In this document: in pieces, positions 16,751 to 31,040 of the stretch
Numbering within the stretch: the first letter of the stretch is position 1
How the letters are laid out: every line of letters starts with the position of its first letter
Program-made: the position numbers and the translations under genes
Notes under the pieces: generated by a model
The model's input: the letters and a program-made list of their open reading frames with translations, nothing else
Told to the model about the DNA's origin: nothing
Database searches by the model: none
NCBI RefSeq assembly: GCF_009914755.1
Contig: NC_060928.1
Length of the DNA stretch: 64,000 bases
From: the human T2T-CHM13v2.0 reference genome, Homo sapiens
Direction: 5' to 3' (one strand)

Positions 16751-17034
16751 TTTTTTAATTTTTTTTAGATATGCCACCCAGGCTGGAGTGCAGTCGTGCA
16801 ATCACGGGCTCACCGCAACTTCTACCTCCCAGGCTTGAGCGACCCTCCCACCTCAGCCTCCCAAGTAGCTGGGACTACAGGCACGTGCCACCATGCCTGG
16901 CTAATTTTTAATTTTTATGTAGAGACAGGGTCTCACTATGTTGCCCAGGCTAGTCTTGAACTCCTAGCCTCAAGCAATCCCCCCCGCCTTGGTCTCCCAA
17001 AGTGCTGAGATTACAGGCATGACCACACCCGGCC
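16751..17034 (-). mobile_element. AluJ
   Basis: Antisense dimer. Confidence 0.9.
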
Positions 17035-17040
17035 ACTAAC

Positions 17041-17357
<317 letters not shown>

Positions 17358-18715
17358 TGATTACATCAATAATTGTATTTGTTGACCATGATAGTTACAT
17401 TTATTTTGTCTGTTTACAATTTCTCCCAAATATGTTTTAAAAGACAAAACAAAATGTTTTGATCATGCAGTCTGTTCCCCAGACGGTTACCCATATTTCT
17501 TTTTACTTATATTATCCTCCCACTCATACAAACTAGGAGGGTTTAACAACTTCTCCAATCACCTGATTACATTTACTCAGGTACAAAAAGTCCCTAACTG
17601 CTCATCATTTAGGACACAGCAGTTACTAATGCATTAAAGTTGGAAATAGGTTTCCCCAGGCACTTAAGGCCTTGGCAAGCTGTATCCCCACGACCGTGGG
17701 AAGAGGTCAGTACAGGTATCTGTTGGCTTAAAGCCAGTCTCACTTGTCTGGAATGCCCAACTTCATGCTGGCTGCCTGCCTAAGGGCTTTCAAAGACTGA
17801 AATCTGTAGGTGAGTTTTCAGACTTCATGCCGGGAAGTTGAAATCTAATAGAGAAGATGGGTTGGCAGAACTTATGTCTGAACTTCCAGCAAGTAAATTT
17901 TTATAAATAAAAGATGTAATTAATTATTTAGCATCAATAACATGCTTGAAGAATTTAGGTATCACTTGCTAGTCTTCGAGAAGTTATTGCATAATCATAG
18001 AGATGCATAATGCATGAAGACATGGCCCCACTAGATACCATCTTAGGAGAGAGACTGGGTGGAGCGAGAGGGAAAGGGATTGCATTTCAATCAATTATTT
18101 GGAGGTGATGTGTTGCATTTATTCATGCAGTATAATAAAGCTGAGGTGGGAAAGTAACATCATTTTCTTTTCTGTAGAAAGATACGTGAGTAAATGAGGA
18201 CAGGGAGAAAAAACAGGGGTATTGAGCCCTATTTCTGGCTATGGAAAAAGTGCTAAGTGCTGTAGTCATTTAAATCATGTTCCCACAGTCAGTCCTCAGG
18301 GCTAGGATTCACCACCCCAGGAAGAAATCTTGCAAGCTATCCAACAAAAGATGTCACAGGGTGGACCTTGACAAAAATCTTCAAGGTCCTCACAGTCCTC
18401 AGCCTCGCTGGCACTGATGTCTGATCCGGTGACTACATTTCTCAAGAACCCATTTCTTGGGGACAGATTCACATTATCTAGCCTCACAGCCTAAACCAGA
18501 GAGATGGTTTTCTAATTCATGGGGAGACTCAAAAGTCCACGTAACCAATACATTATTTCCCTGCAGGCAGACCTCAGCGGGAGGCCAAATCCTAAGCAGT
18601 GACTTGCTGGGTGAGCACGGCTCAGAACAAGGAGAGACATGAATGGAATGTTTCAGGCACCAGGCAAAGGCAGGCTGATGTGTCCATCTCACAACAGAGA
18701 GGGTCTAACCCAATG

Positions 18716-18884
18716 TTTGTTTGTTTTTTCCCGACTTTAAGTTCAGGGGTACATGTGCAGGATGTGCAGGTTTGTTACATAGTTAAAATGTGTGCCATGG
18801 TGGTTTGCTGCACAGATCATCACCTAAGTATTAAGACCAGCACCCATTAGCTATTCTTCCCAATCCTCTCTCCTCCCACCCCTG
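18716..18884 (-). mobile_element. Short L1PA (older, about PA13-16) 3' end
   Basis: ACTTTAAGTTCAGGGGTACATGTGCAGGATGTGCAGGTTTGTTACATAG; TSD core CCCAATG. Confidence 0.88.
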
Positions 18885-19040
18885 CCCAATGATTTTTAAA
18901 CTTTGTGTTGGTACCCATTATAAAGTGGTGAGATCATTTCATGAATCACACCCAGATACCATTTTTAAAATTAAAAGTATGGAGTATGGACTCAAATGGA
19001 AAGTATCAGATAATACTGCATATCACTGAGGTAGGTAAGA

Positions 19041-19292
19041 GGCAGTACAGAGTGGTGGTTAAGAGGCTAGACACTAAATGCGGGCTAAGTAGAGTCAAAT
19101 TCTCACTTTGCCAAATACTGGCCATATCACCTTGGGCAAGTTATTGAATCTCTCTATGCTTCAGTTTCTTTGTTTGCAAAATGGCAAAAAGTATAGTACC
19201 TGTCTACTAGGTTGTTCTAAAAATTAAATGACTTAATATCTATAAAGGGCATAGAGCAGTGCCTGGCTTACAATAAGTGCTATATGAGTTTT
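19041..19292 (+). mobile_element. MIR, near full length
   Basis: GTGGTTAAGAG...ACCTTGGGCAAGTTATTGAATCTCTCT...CAGTGCCTGGC. Confidence 0.85.
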
Positions 19293-19955
19293 CATTTTTC
19301 TTAAAAATTGCTTTATGAAACTGTTACCCACAGTCCAAAATACCAGAACTGAGATCCTATGGCAACTGGAGTCACACATGCTGAGCAGTACCGGAGAGAA
19401 AGTGGGGGACTGAATCGTTTCCATTATCACTGAATTAGAAAACTATGGAAGCAATACCAGATTGCAGGAAAATGGGAACCAGAGGAAAATACTCAAAAGG
19501 ACATCCCAGATGACCAGGCTAGAGCTCTCTTAGGCTGAGGAGTGGCTTTCAGCCAATTAAGAGGAAAAGTGTTTTTGATGAGATGAGACTCCATAAATGT
19601 GTCTTTCCTGGAGAGAATTCTCATTGTCTGATGTACACTTTGCCCTTTTTTCTCTCTTTGGCTTTCATCTGAGACCACGATGACATATTTTTATGCTCTA
19701 GTTAAACCTGAATTTTCTCGCTTCAGATCAATCAGGTTCTTGTCTTAATTTCTTGAAGCATATCAGCTGTACCAATTGATTATTGCATTCCATACCACAA
19801 GCCCTTCCTTCATATATTTTTCTCTATTCCACAGAAGTCTGGACAAACAAAAGGTGACTGACAAGGTAAAGGCAAGAGACCAAAAGTTTTGAAGACATTT
19901 GAAGAAGACATGATAGAGTAAATGGAAAGAGTCAATATCCAAGCAGAACTAACAT

Positions 19956-20402
19956 TGATACGGGAAAGAGCAAGGGAGGTGCTGAGTAGAGAAGAGCGGG
20001 GTCCCTGGCAAGGGCTCCACCCTTGGTCCTGCGCCCATGGACCCAAGCGAGAATAGGCACTCCCACTTTTACACTCAAGGGTTGCATTTTCCAAGACCCC
20101 TCTGGCCTACCACACCCCCAATCCTGTTGCCATATAAACCCGAGACCTTAAGTGGACGCAGACACAAGGGCGTCAGGGGGAGAGGAGGAACGGGGAACAC
20201 ACCCACAGACCAGCAACAGTGGAATGACACAGGCACCAAGGGGAGTTCGGTTGGGGGGCAGTTCGAGAAAAGTCTGGGCAACCTGCCCCCCAAGAAAGAC
20301 GACCTTCCCACTCCATCCCCTGCTTCTGGCTCCCCATCCATCTTGCTGTCCATCACTCCTGTCACACTCCTGGCGAGGGGGAAAGGGAACTCCCCCATTT
20401 CA
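19956..20402 (+). mobile_element. Solo ERV1 LTR, LTR1 family, internally deleted
   Basis: TGATACGG...GGGCTCCACCC...GTTGCATTTTCCAAGACC start; GCGAGGGGGAAAGGGAACT...TTTCA end; TSD ACAT/ATAT. Confidence 0.82.
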
Positions 20403-20403
20403 A

Positions 20404-20870
20404 TATTACTATAAATATGTATATTGAGCACCTACTATGTACCAGGCACTGTGCTAAGCACTTTATAACCATACTTATTACAATCACTCTGAGGGATAGA
20501 TGATATTCATTAGAAATGCAAATGAGGAAACTGGCACTTGGGAAGGTTAAAGCCTGCCTGAGTCTCACAGTTAATAAATGTTAGAGCCAGAGCTCACACA
20601 GACTCCCTGGCTCCAAAGCTCATCCCTTTCTCTTACCCACTGCTACAAAGGTTTTAGAACAAGACCCATTGGGTCTAAATTCCAGCTCTACCACATATTA
20701 ACTACTTAACTTCTCCAAACCTCACTTACGTTTCTCTTATATAAAATGGGGGTGATAACCGTAGCTTCCTCACAGGATTTTGTGAAGATTAAATGAGCTG
20801 TTTATTAAGGTATTTAAAATTGTGGCTGGCACACAGTAAGTGATCAAATAGATACCAGCTGTCATTTTTG
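20404..20870. mobile_element. Two MIRs, head-to-head (minus 20404-20644, plus 20665-20870)
   Basis: TTGAGCACCTACTATGTACCAGGCACTGTGCTAAGCAC; AAAATGGGG...CCTCACAGGATTTTGTGAAGATTAAATGAG. Confidence 0.8.
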
Positions 20871-22168
20871 TTATGCCAGCCCTTGCAAGGCTTCCTATAA
20901 TTGCAAACATTATGGATTACGATCAGCAGACCAGGCAGCCATCAATACGCCATTGGCCAACTGTCTTTGCACCTCTCTTTCTATAAAAGGATTTCCCATG
21001 GTACTTCATTCCTGCCACTGGCACTAGGAGAAAACAAGAACCATAGGGGGCAAAAGCTTGGAATAGTAGGGTTAAAACAAGGAAACCAGCAGCCACAGAA
21101 AGGCTGCAATTCAGACCTATGGAATCAGGAAGAGAGAGAGGAAGAGCTGATCTTTGAGACCACAGTTGAGCTATTCTCAAAAAGGACAAATTCAATCAAT
21201 TGTGGAAGGCAGGAAGATTACTGCTGAGGAAAAAAATGAATTACTTGGGGATTTAAGTGAAAGCTTTTGTTCATGTTGCTGTATGAAGCAGTAGTCCCAC
21301 AGAAGAGCAGAGGACTTAGGGCTGGGAGGAATTTAATCAGTTCCTTGAGCCCATTTTAACCTAAAAGAGAAATAATTAATTTCAAGTCTTAAATGGGAAG
21401 TAGAATCTAGACAGAGTCAAAGCAGGGAAAGGGAAATGATGAAAAGGGCCCATCCATTGTCCAGAAACAAGAGGGAAACACTTGCCCCTGGGAGAATTGA
21501 TAGACTCAGGCCTAGGCATGCCTTGACTTTGAGCAAGCACAGGGCACGGGGGAGAGGAGGGGGAGGGGACACTCAAAAGAACCTTCATTATTTCTACCCA
21601 GTGTTTCTTTGGACCAGCTGGATGAGGACGTCACATTCAGCTGTGTCTATTTCTACTTAGCCAAGCCAAGCATGCCAGGAATTTAAACGTTAAGTTTAAA
21701 TAATCAATGGGCAATGGTGTTTAGTCTTAACACCTGCCCAGCTGAGACTTAACACATCTGCTGCAATCCCTGAGGCACAAGGGCAAAAAAGTTGCAAAGC
21801 ATCTTTATTACTCCAGAAAAGTGGAATTAAAGAGTATGTTCTTAAGTCTGCAGATGGTTACCCACTATGGACGGTCCTAACCTACTCTGAGGCCCAAGAA
21901 ATGGTACAAGTGAGTTTACCGAGGTTAGGGGAAGAAGAAAACAAAATGGGGAGAAACAAAGAATGCAATTTGCTGCATTTATCAGTAGACTGCAGAACTG
22001 GTCCAGTTTAGTGGGGCATCCAGTAATGTACTCTGAACTTCAGTGGAAAAGGCCAGGGGAAAGAGACAGCAGTGGCTCTATCTTCGTCACCACCATCACC
22101 AATAAGTATTCTTCTCTACAGTGCATGAGTCACTAAATGACACCATTTTCAAGCAGCTTACAGTCTAC

Positions 22169-22731
22169 TGTGTGGGAGGAAAAGATAGCCTCCGCCTCCC
22201 CTGAGCTCTTATGGGGGCAATTCGACTAGGTCTAGGAACCAGCCTGACACAGGGCAGGTTAACGAGAAAAGCATACAAGTTTTTATTAGTTTTACTTGTA
22301 CATGAGGCTCTTCACAAGACAGCAAAGTTCAAAGAAGTGGCCAAGGCAAGCTAGTTTTATACTTCTGAGACAAAGAATGATAAATTTGTGAAGAAATGAC
22401 AAGGGGCTCTGGATAGAGAGTAAACTCTAGGGAGTCGCTAGGAGATATATGGAGGGTGTAAAGCTAGTGGAATATAGTGGTTACTTCAGAAAGTCTATTT
22501 ATTCAGGCCTGTTGCAACACCAAATCCCAGTCCGGGGTGATAAGGAATAGTCTCTCACCCTGGTAGGGAAAAAGCACCCCTTCCAAAAGAATCTTTATGG
22601 CTTGCTACAGGCAGGAAAATACAGGCCAGCTAGGCTTCTCTTAAAACTACAATTTCTCCAATGTTTTTAGATCAAAATAATGAATATACCAATTTGGGAT
22701 ATTTTGGGATGGCACATCCTTCACTCCTTTA
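22169..22731 (-). mobile_element. Solo ERV1 LTR (MER4 group, MER89-like)
   Basis: Minus strand begins TAAAGGAGTGAAGGATGTGCCATCCCAAAATAT...; minus-strand TATAAAA and AATAAA; about 560 bp; TSD CTAC/CTAT. Confidence 0.72.
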
Positions 22732-23130
22732 CTATTTAAGAAAGTAAAACATTTACATAAATAGAAAAGTAAATAACAACACAAGTTGGGCCAAACAGGC
22801 AATGTTTCCTTCTTAGAAACAGCTCAGTGTCTTCATATTACAAAAACACACATCCCACTTGGTGGACAGAAACCATATCGTGAAACTAGACTCAGAGAAA
22901 TAGTCTCAAATACCAACATTATACAACTTCACTCTAAATCATCCAACTATTTCACAGATTCATGTTGAAGGACAGTTGTGATACTAACACATTAGAAATC
23001 ATTGCTTTAGAAGTCATTAAAGAACTATATGCTGTTTAAAGCTGTCAACTTTAGTCTCATGCTGATTTGGGAGTTATTTATCTGAAATGACTGGGCTTTA
23101 TACCCCAAGCACATATTATATTTATTTCAG

Positions 23131-23385
23131 AGGCAATGTTAAGTATAGTGGCTAAGGGTAGGAACTCTGGAATCAGACTTCATGGGTTCAAATCCCAGCT
23201 CTACGTTTATTAGCTGTATAACTGTAGCAAGTTACTTCCCTGTGCCTTGATTTCCTTATCTGGAAAAGTGGGAATATTAAGAGGATTTACTGTGAACAAT
23301 TGTAGTGGGGATTACACAAAATAGTCCATAAAGTACACAACTCAATGGATCGCACACAGTCTGCCCACAAAAATATTTGCTTTCA
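23131..23385 (+). mobile_element. MIR
   Basis: CTCTGGAATCAGAC...GGGTTCAAATCCCAGCTCT...TAGCTGT. Confidence 0.8.
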
Positions 23386-24393
23386 TTAATATTATCAAGT
23401 AAGGTGGCTGAGAGCCAGAGTTGGCATGGGATGGCCATTGGGAGGGCCGGGGCACTTACAGACATGGTCTTCCACATTGATAACTTTGAGATCCATCTCC
23501 CCATCCTCTGTGTTTAAAGTAGCTGAGTCGACAGACTGAGAACAAGGAGGAGCTACCTACACCCTGCAGGAGTAACACAGGACCAAACACTATCTCCAAA
23601 ACATCTGTGTAACAATTACTTCTTCACACATGCAAGAAGTAAAGGGAATAAAAATACATTCAAAATTAGAAGCAAATAAGCACACTTTGTAAAGATTAAG
23701 AATGTAATGGTGACACTGACTGCAAGTGTCCACCCAGGCTAATAAAATTACTTGGAGAAAAAATGTTCTTCAAGATCCAGGGAAGCCATGGAGAGTCTTT
23801 TGAGTCCTCGAGAATATGGCTTTACTTTTGCCAGCCACAAGAGAGCTGCTTGTAGCAAAAAAAAAAAAAAGTCGTGAAACCAAAAGGCAGTTCATTATGT
23901 CTGTTTAAAAGAAAGCACTGTTGGAGAAGAGGAAGCTCTGACGAAACGGTCTGCTAGGTGGACAGGTAGGGAGGGCTCAGAAGTCCATTTTACAGGTAGT
24001 GAATCTCATGTTTAAGGCCAAAGTGAAGTTGTTTGCCAAGGGCTCTCTAGCACAGAGTTCCTCTAAACCTTGGGCAGCAAATGCCAAAGAACTTACCTTT
24101 CCCAGAGTTCCCCAACTAGTGAAACATTCAGCAAGTCAGCCCAGGCTAGGCTGGTTTCTTGGTTATATGCTCTTAGATCCGTGTTCCCTCCTCTCACAGC
24201 ACTTACATATTAACCTCTGTGACTATGTCTTCCTCCCCAGTCTTCAAATTTCATGAGAACAAGGTCTGTTTTTGTTTTCCATGGTATCTTCAGGGCTTCA
24301 CAAAGAGCTGTGTAAACCCATCATAAAGCATACAATAAGCCCATAATAAGTATCGGTGGAATAAATAAATGAGCAAAATCAACAAATGTGTGA

Positions 24394-24578
<185 letters not shown>

Positions 24579-24832
24579 GAGAAGAGGAGTTTGAGGACTA
24601 ACTACTTGCATTCGACATTCATGGGGACATTTACATTGGGCCTGCATATTGATATTGCTTAAAATATGTTCTTTATGTTTCACTAAATCTTTAAATCTCT
24701 TAGGACTGAGAAAAGCCAAATCCTATGTACATCAGTCAGGGAGGTAAGGTCCCTATATATGCTGTTTTAAAGTTATAAATGTCTGTTTCAGAGCACAAGG
24801 ATTAATAACTTTAAAATCTTTTGAATCTTTTA

Positions 24833-25140
24833 CTTTTATTTAGTTAGTTAGTTATTTTTTTGAGACGGAGTCTTGTTCTGTCACCAGGCTGGAGTGCACT
24901 GGTGCAATCTCCGCGCACTGCAACCTTTGACTCCCTGGTTCAAGCAATTCTCCTGCCTCAGCCTACCGAGTAGCTGGGATTACAGGCACGCGCCACTACG
25001 CCAAGCTGATTTTTGTATTTTTAGAAGAGATGGGGTTTCACCATGTTGGCCAGGCTGGTCTTGATCTCCTGACCTTGTGATCTGCCAGTTTCCGCCTCCC
25101 AAAGTGCTGGGATTACAGGCGTGAGCCACCACGCCCAGCC
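24833..25140 (-). mobile_element. AluS (Sc/Sg-like)
   Basis: Antisense dimer with (TTAG)n-containing tail. Confidence 0.93.
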
Positions 25141-25488
25141 TCTTTTCTCTAGATTGGAAAATATCTTTGTTAGAAAAACATTCCTCTCCTTTAGACTACA
25201 AATTGGAAGAATTTCTAAAAATAGAACAGTGACAAAACCCTGGATTGTGGATTTTAGCAAGAAATACTGCCCTGTTAAAGACCTGCTTTAAAGCAAAAGA
25301 AATCCCCATAAGTCTGTGGGCAGGAGAATCACCATCACAAGGCCTGAAGTATTTAACTTTAGTTAAATATAATTTTAAACCAGGAAAATCTGCTCATGTA
25401 TGGGAATTTGTAGTTCTATAAGGATTAGGGAAAACAGAAGGCAGAATACAAGCAATATCTCTCAAGGTTGACCTTGAATTTTAAAAAA

Positions 25489-25510
25489 TTATATATATAT
25501 ATATATATAT
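25489..25510. repeat. (TA)n microsatellite
   Basis: About 10 TA units. Confidence 0.9.
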
Positions 25511-26249
25511 GCAAAATCAGGCAAGATCTTGACACTCCAAAATGGTGTCTGTGGCTCTTAGTGAGGTGGAAGCACAGGGACGTGGGAATAGGTGGGAAGA
25601 AGAGAGTCTTTTAAAACCAGCCAGCTGAAATGTTCTGGTCAATAAAGGCATCATTTTACTTCTTCTACTAGGTTAGGATGATTTGAAGGCCTGCATAAAC
25701 CAAAAGCTGTCACTATAATTCAAGGATAATTGGAACAAATGGCTGCTTAGCACCAGAAAGAGATGGGGCTGAGGAGATGGAATCTTCCAGCCTTTGGGTT
25801 GTTCCAGGGAGCATGATCTTCACCTTAAATCCCAGCTGAACAATATCTGCCCCTTTTCCTGTCCCCTCACCAAAACTGGACCTGGAGAAGCCTATGTATT
25901 TGTTTGCATGGAATCCTCGCCCTGTGAGCACACACACATCCACTCAGTTCTTTCGCGCTTCTCTCTCTTCCCCATTCTTCACACACACAGCTACATCTGT
26001 TTCCCTTTTTCCCCCTAAATAAACTTACTCCAGTGTTGAAAATGGATACAAATTGAATCCTACCCACCAAATACTGCATCACATTTTCCCAAAAATGACA
26101 TGACTTTACCCCAGTGATAAAAGGGAGGTCCTCTTTGCTACCATTAAAATATATCTTTTACTTAATTCCCTGCCCTCTCCTCACCAAGAAAACTCAGTAA
26201 GGAACTGCAGGGACCTTAAAGACCATCCAGACTTTGGCTGTGCAGAGTG

Positions 26250-26572
26250 TGTTCTGGGGACCCACACCATCAGTTTGCCCAGGAGCACATGGGAAGAGAA
26301 GAATCCCCAGCCCCACTGAAAACCACAGGACTGGAGTCTGCATTTTAGCAAGATCCTATGTGATTCCTGTGCACATTCCAGTTTGAGAGACATGTGTCTA
26401 GGGAGCATGTCTCACCTACTTCATGTGAGAGTTACCTGGGGAGCTTTTACAGCCACCCAAGCCTCACCTGAGACCAAATTAATCCACATTCTCTAGATGG
26501 CTATGTGTGTTAAAAGCTCCCTGGGGTGGGGGTGGGGGGTTCTGTGTATGGCCAGAGTTGAGTGGCACTGCT
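26250..26572. mobile_element. Two adjacent degenerate MER5-family elements
   Basis: TCTGCATTTTAGCAAGATCC...GTGATTC...CAGTTTGAGA; TTACCTGGGGAGCTTTTA...AAAAGCTCCC...GCCAGAGTTGAG. Confidence 0.6.
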
Positions 26573-28435
26573 CCTGTCCAACTGGCTCATTGTGCAGACA
26601 GCCTGAGTAGCCCAAGGTCATGACATAAGCCAGTGGCAGGGCTGAATTTAAAGGCACAAAGCAGTGCGCCCCAGAGTCACGCGGGTGGACTCTGACAGTG
26701 ATAGTGTCCATTTCCCACATCTGCCAGGAGTGTGGCTCTTTGTGGGCTGAGTCACCTGCGGGGAAGGGTTTCAGGTTAGAATGTTCATAGGGTGTCACCC
26801 AAATCACTGTTTTTAAGCCCTTCTCTACTCCCAAAGAAGTCATTTAATTTGGCCTGGAGGATAGCATCAAAAAACTATGTAACCAATGATATTTCTGCTT
26901 GACCTGCCAAATGTGTATTAAATGCATCCATATTTGCCTCCCCCCTCAGCCATCTTCCCCTTTTCCCCTGACTCCAGTTTATAGGAAAAGCAGCCAGCAC
27001 ATACCCCCCTGACAGAAGTCTATGAAAATCCAACTGAGAGGGATTAAAAGGCAGACAGGGCGTATTCCATTTCCTTGAGGCCCTGGGAAAATGTCACATC
27101 CGAGGCTGAGCCAGTCCTGATGAGAAAGCCTCGTTGCTGCCAGCTGGGAGGGTTCAAGGTTTGCCAAGCACTGAAGACACTGTTTATGAAAAGCTTTAAA
27201 TGTCAAGTACCCTGGCTCCTTAGGGTCCTCCCACAAGATAACGCAGTCTCTTGTCAAGCACAGACTCGCCCGAAAAATGAGACCTGAGAAAGGGGCAAGG
27301 CTGAGGCATCTGTTCAAAGACAAGCTTCTCAGAGGCCCTGGCTTCTTATGTGGAGGAAAACTTATCTCCCCGTTTTGCAGGAGTTAAGAAGGGCAAAAGA
27401 GAATGACAGTGCAGGGAGAGAAAGCGGGAAATCAGAAGAGAAAGGAGAAGGGAGAGAAGAAAGTGAGAGAATGCAGGAAGAGAGAAATGTGCAGATACTA
27501 AAAATAAATTCAAAGGCCCTGCTTTTCAACCTCCTCAGTTTTCATATCACAGAAAAGCAGCTAAATCTTCTGAGAAAGCTCAAATGCAAGGACTAAGAAT
27601 GGGAAAGCAGAGAGAGGGAGGAGAAGTCCTTTCATCAAAATACTTAGGAATCTCAGTGCGTGGTCACTTGGCTGCCACAGGAGGGGTCTGGGTGGTCCTA
27701 AGAGGGAGAGGGACTCCTTCCAGGCTCCCCCCAGGACCCACCCTCCCCTCACCAGCAGCCCACCCTCCTAACCCGACAGGGAGGAAACCTGCTCAGTGCT
27801 GCTATTTACAATTTCCATTCAGGCAATCTTCACATTTTGGAATGGCATTTGCCAAGGGAGACGATCTCAGCTCCTCTTCTATTTTCAGGTTCCCTCTTGC
27901 ATAGCGGATGGCATCAGTACTAAGCTCCAAGAAGCAATTTAGAAGAGTGGTTGCTGGAAAGTGGGGGAACCCATGCCAATCTACAGACCTGCAGAGCCTG
28001 GGGATGAAGCTTTTATTTTTAACACTGGGATCTGTGAGGCTGACCTATATTTCACTTCTTATATCGGCAGAAGTGACAAGCCTCGAAGGCCAGGGCACAG
28101 AGCTGAGCCTCAGGAGTCTGAGGCTTTGAACACTTCACTCAGAGGAACAGAAGCAACAAGACACCAAGCCCACCATGGACAGAGACAGCCGCTAAAACAG
28201 AAGGTGCCAAAGTGCCTAGGCTAAGGTTGCAGGGTGCACTCAGTAGACCAGATGGGAAGAACTTGATGTCAGTTTTACCTTCAGAACTTGGAAAGTCTAT
28301 AGCCAGACCAAACTATGCAGCTAACAAGAAGATGGGGGGTGAGGATGGGGGTGGAGGTGGGCACAAATTGAAGGCCCAGGAAAGGAGAAAATGGGTAGGA
28401 GAATGTCGAAAAAATTAGGAGAGATGAAAGAAAGG

Positions 28436-28740
<305 letters not shown>

Positions 28741-29648
28741 GGGGTGGTGTAGATGTGGGGAGAGGGAATGTTAAATTTGCATATTTCAGTAGTGGAACCT
28801 GTCCAACACTTCAGAGTCCCTTGGTCAAACAGGCAGAAAAGAAGGCAGCATTAAACAATGCGCTCAAAAAGGATGGCTTAACACCATCAGATAATGTTTT
28901 TCAAAATACGTCTAGTCTCCACTATTATCATATTTCATATTTTATTTCTCCTACTCATTCTCAAAACCAAACCCTCTAAAGCATATTTGTCTGGCCAGCC
29001 TTATGATGACAAGTCTTCAAATGCATGATACCATGTTGAATTTAATTTTATGCCTGAAACACTAAAGGCTGGCACGGCTCCATTATCTTTTTGTCAAACC
29101 CTCACATTTTAATCTGCCATCCAGTCAGTGGACTGGAAACAGAGAAAAATCACTTCAGATTATGAAAAATTTTGACCCTGCACCACCAGAATTTGTTTAA
29201 ATCAAATTGTCATCTAAATGGAAAGCAGTATAGTGATTTAGTGTTGGTGTAGAGGCCCTGTGGCTCAGTGACAAGAGGCTCCAGGAGGAAGGGCACAGCC
29301 TGAGATGCCTTCCTCCTCTGGGTGTCCACAGGCACATCACACTAAGCAGGTGTAATATGGAAACCAGCATCTCTCTCCACTCCCTTCTAGAATCATCAGT
29401 CAATGGCACCATCACCCACTCGGTCACCCAAGTAAAATTCCTGCTGGTGGCAGCAGTGGTGGGGATGGTGGGTCATCGAGACCCCCTCTCCTGCCCTCCT
29501 GGACCAGTCAGGACAGGCATGGCACAGTGATGATGAGAGCAGGCGCTGGAGTTAAACTACACGGCTGTGAGTCCCAGTTGGTTACTTGCTAGCCATGTGC
29601 CATTCAGCCAAGTCACTTAGCCTCTCTATGCCTCAACTTTCTTATCTA

Positions 29649-29852
<204 letters not shown>

Positions 29853-30088
29853 TTAGCTAAGACTGTTCCTCCCCCACCCCCCTCCCCCCGTCCATGCAAT
29901 TATCAGGACCTGTCAAGTTCAAAGTCCTCTCCATTCCATGCTCTTTCCTACTTGTAGCCGCCCTCACCATCTCTCACTAGAACCAACACAACATCTCCCT
30001 CCTTGGTCTCCTTGTCTGTAGTCTTGCCCCCCTCAAATCCATCCTCCATAGAGCCACCCACACTGCATATCAAGACATGAAACCAAAC

Positions 30089-30240
30089 TGTTGTTGTTGT
30101 TGAGAGAGGATCTCCCTCTGTCACCCAGGCTGGAGTGTTGTGGCGCAATCTTGGCTCACCACAGCCTCTGCCTCCTGGGCTCAAGTAATCCTCCCACCTT
30201 GACCTCTCAAAGTGCTGGGATTATAGGCGTGAGCCACTAC
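30089..30240 (-). mobile_element. Single-monomer Alu with left-arm 5' end and right-arm 3' end
   Basis: GGCTGGAGTG...CTGGGCTCAAG (right arm) joined directly to CAAAGTGCTGGGATTATAGGCGTGAGCCAC (left arm). Confidence 0.8.
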
Positions 30241-30689
30241 ATGTGATCCCACTCCCATTCTCAAAACCCTTCCATGGCACCTCACCTTCCACAGAGGGAA
30301 AACCCAAACTTCTTAGTGTGACACATAAGGAGCCTTCCCCACCCTCTCTCCATCCTCGCTTTCAGTCTCTCCTCTCCCATCTCCTTTCCCGTCACTCTCT
30401 GGTTACCCTGAGTTGCAATTCATCTCCATCCTGCTGTTGCAAAGTTCTATGCCTTTGTCTGTGTGGTTCTTCTGTGGAAAAGTCCTTTAGGTCTTGATCC
30501 AGTCATCATCTCCTTCAGATGGCTTCCCAGGACCCCGAACCCAGGAGGGCTCTTCACCCTGGGTTCCCATAGCCCTGTGCATTTCACACTCACCCAAACA
30601 CAATGAGACCCTGTGGGCCTTAAGGGTGGGGCTCATCTCTTTAGACCCTCAGTACCTAGCATTCAATTCAACTGAATTGAATTGCCCCC

Positions 30690-31040
30690 GTGAGGGAGGT
30701 CTTTCTATTCGCATTTTACAGCTGAGGAAACCAAAATCCAGAGACGGGAATTATACTGCCTGAAGCCACACAGCTAGTAAGTGACTGCACTGGTATTCAA
30801 ACCCAAATCTATTATTGTGGGTGAGGTGGTTAAGGACTCTGGAGTGAAAGTGCTGGGCACATATCCCGGCTCCCGCACTTACTGGCCATGTGACCTTGGT
30901 CAAATCACTTATCTTGTAGAGCCTCGTCTGCAAAATGGGGATGATTTTAGTACCTCCATCAGAGGTATTGTGAAGAATGAACAAAATAACATATGGTCCT
31001 TAGCTTTGTACCTGGAACATCCTAAGCCCTATATAAACTT
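30690..31040. mobile_element. Two MIRs (minus 30690-30810, plus 30820-31040)
   Basis: CATTTTACAGCTGAGGAAAC; TGTGACCTTGG...CTGCAAAATGGGGATGAT. Confidence 0.75.

Noticed and set aside
26611-26755. CCAAGGTCA (SF-1/ERR-like) and GCTGAGTCAC (ARE-like) motifs
   Set aside because: The first lies in MIR core sequence, where it is common. The second lacks the terminal A of the NRF2 consensus. Not enough on their own.
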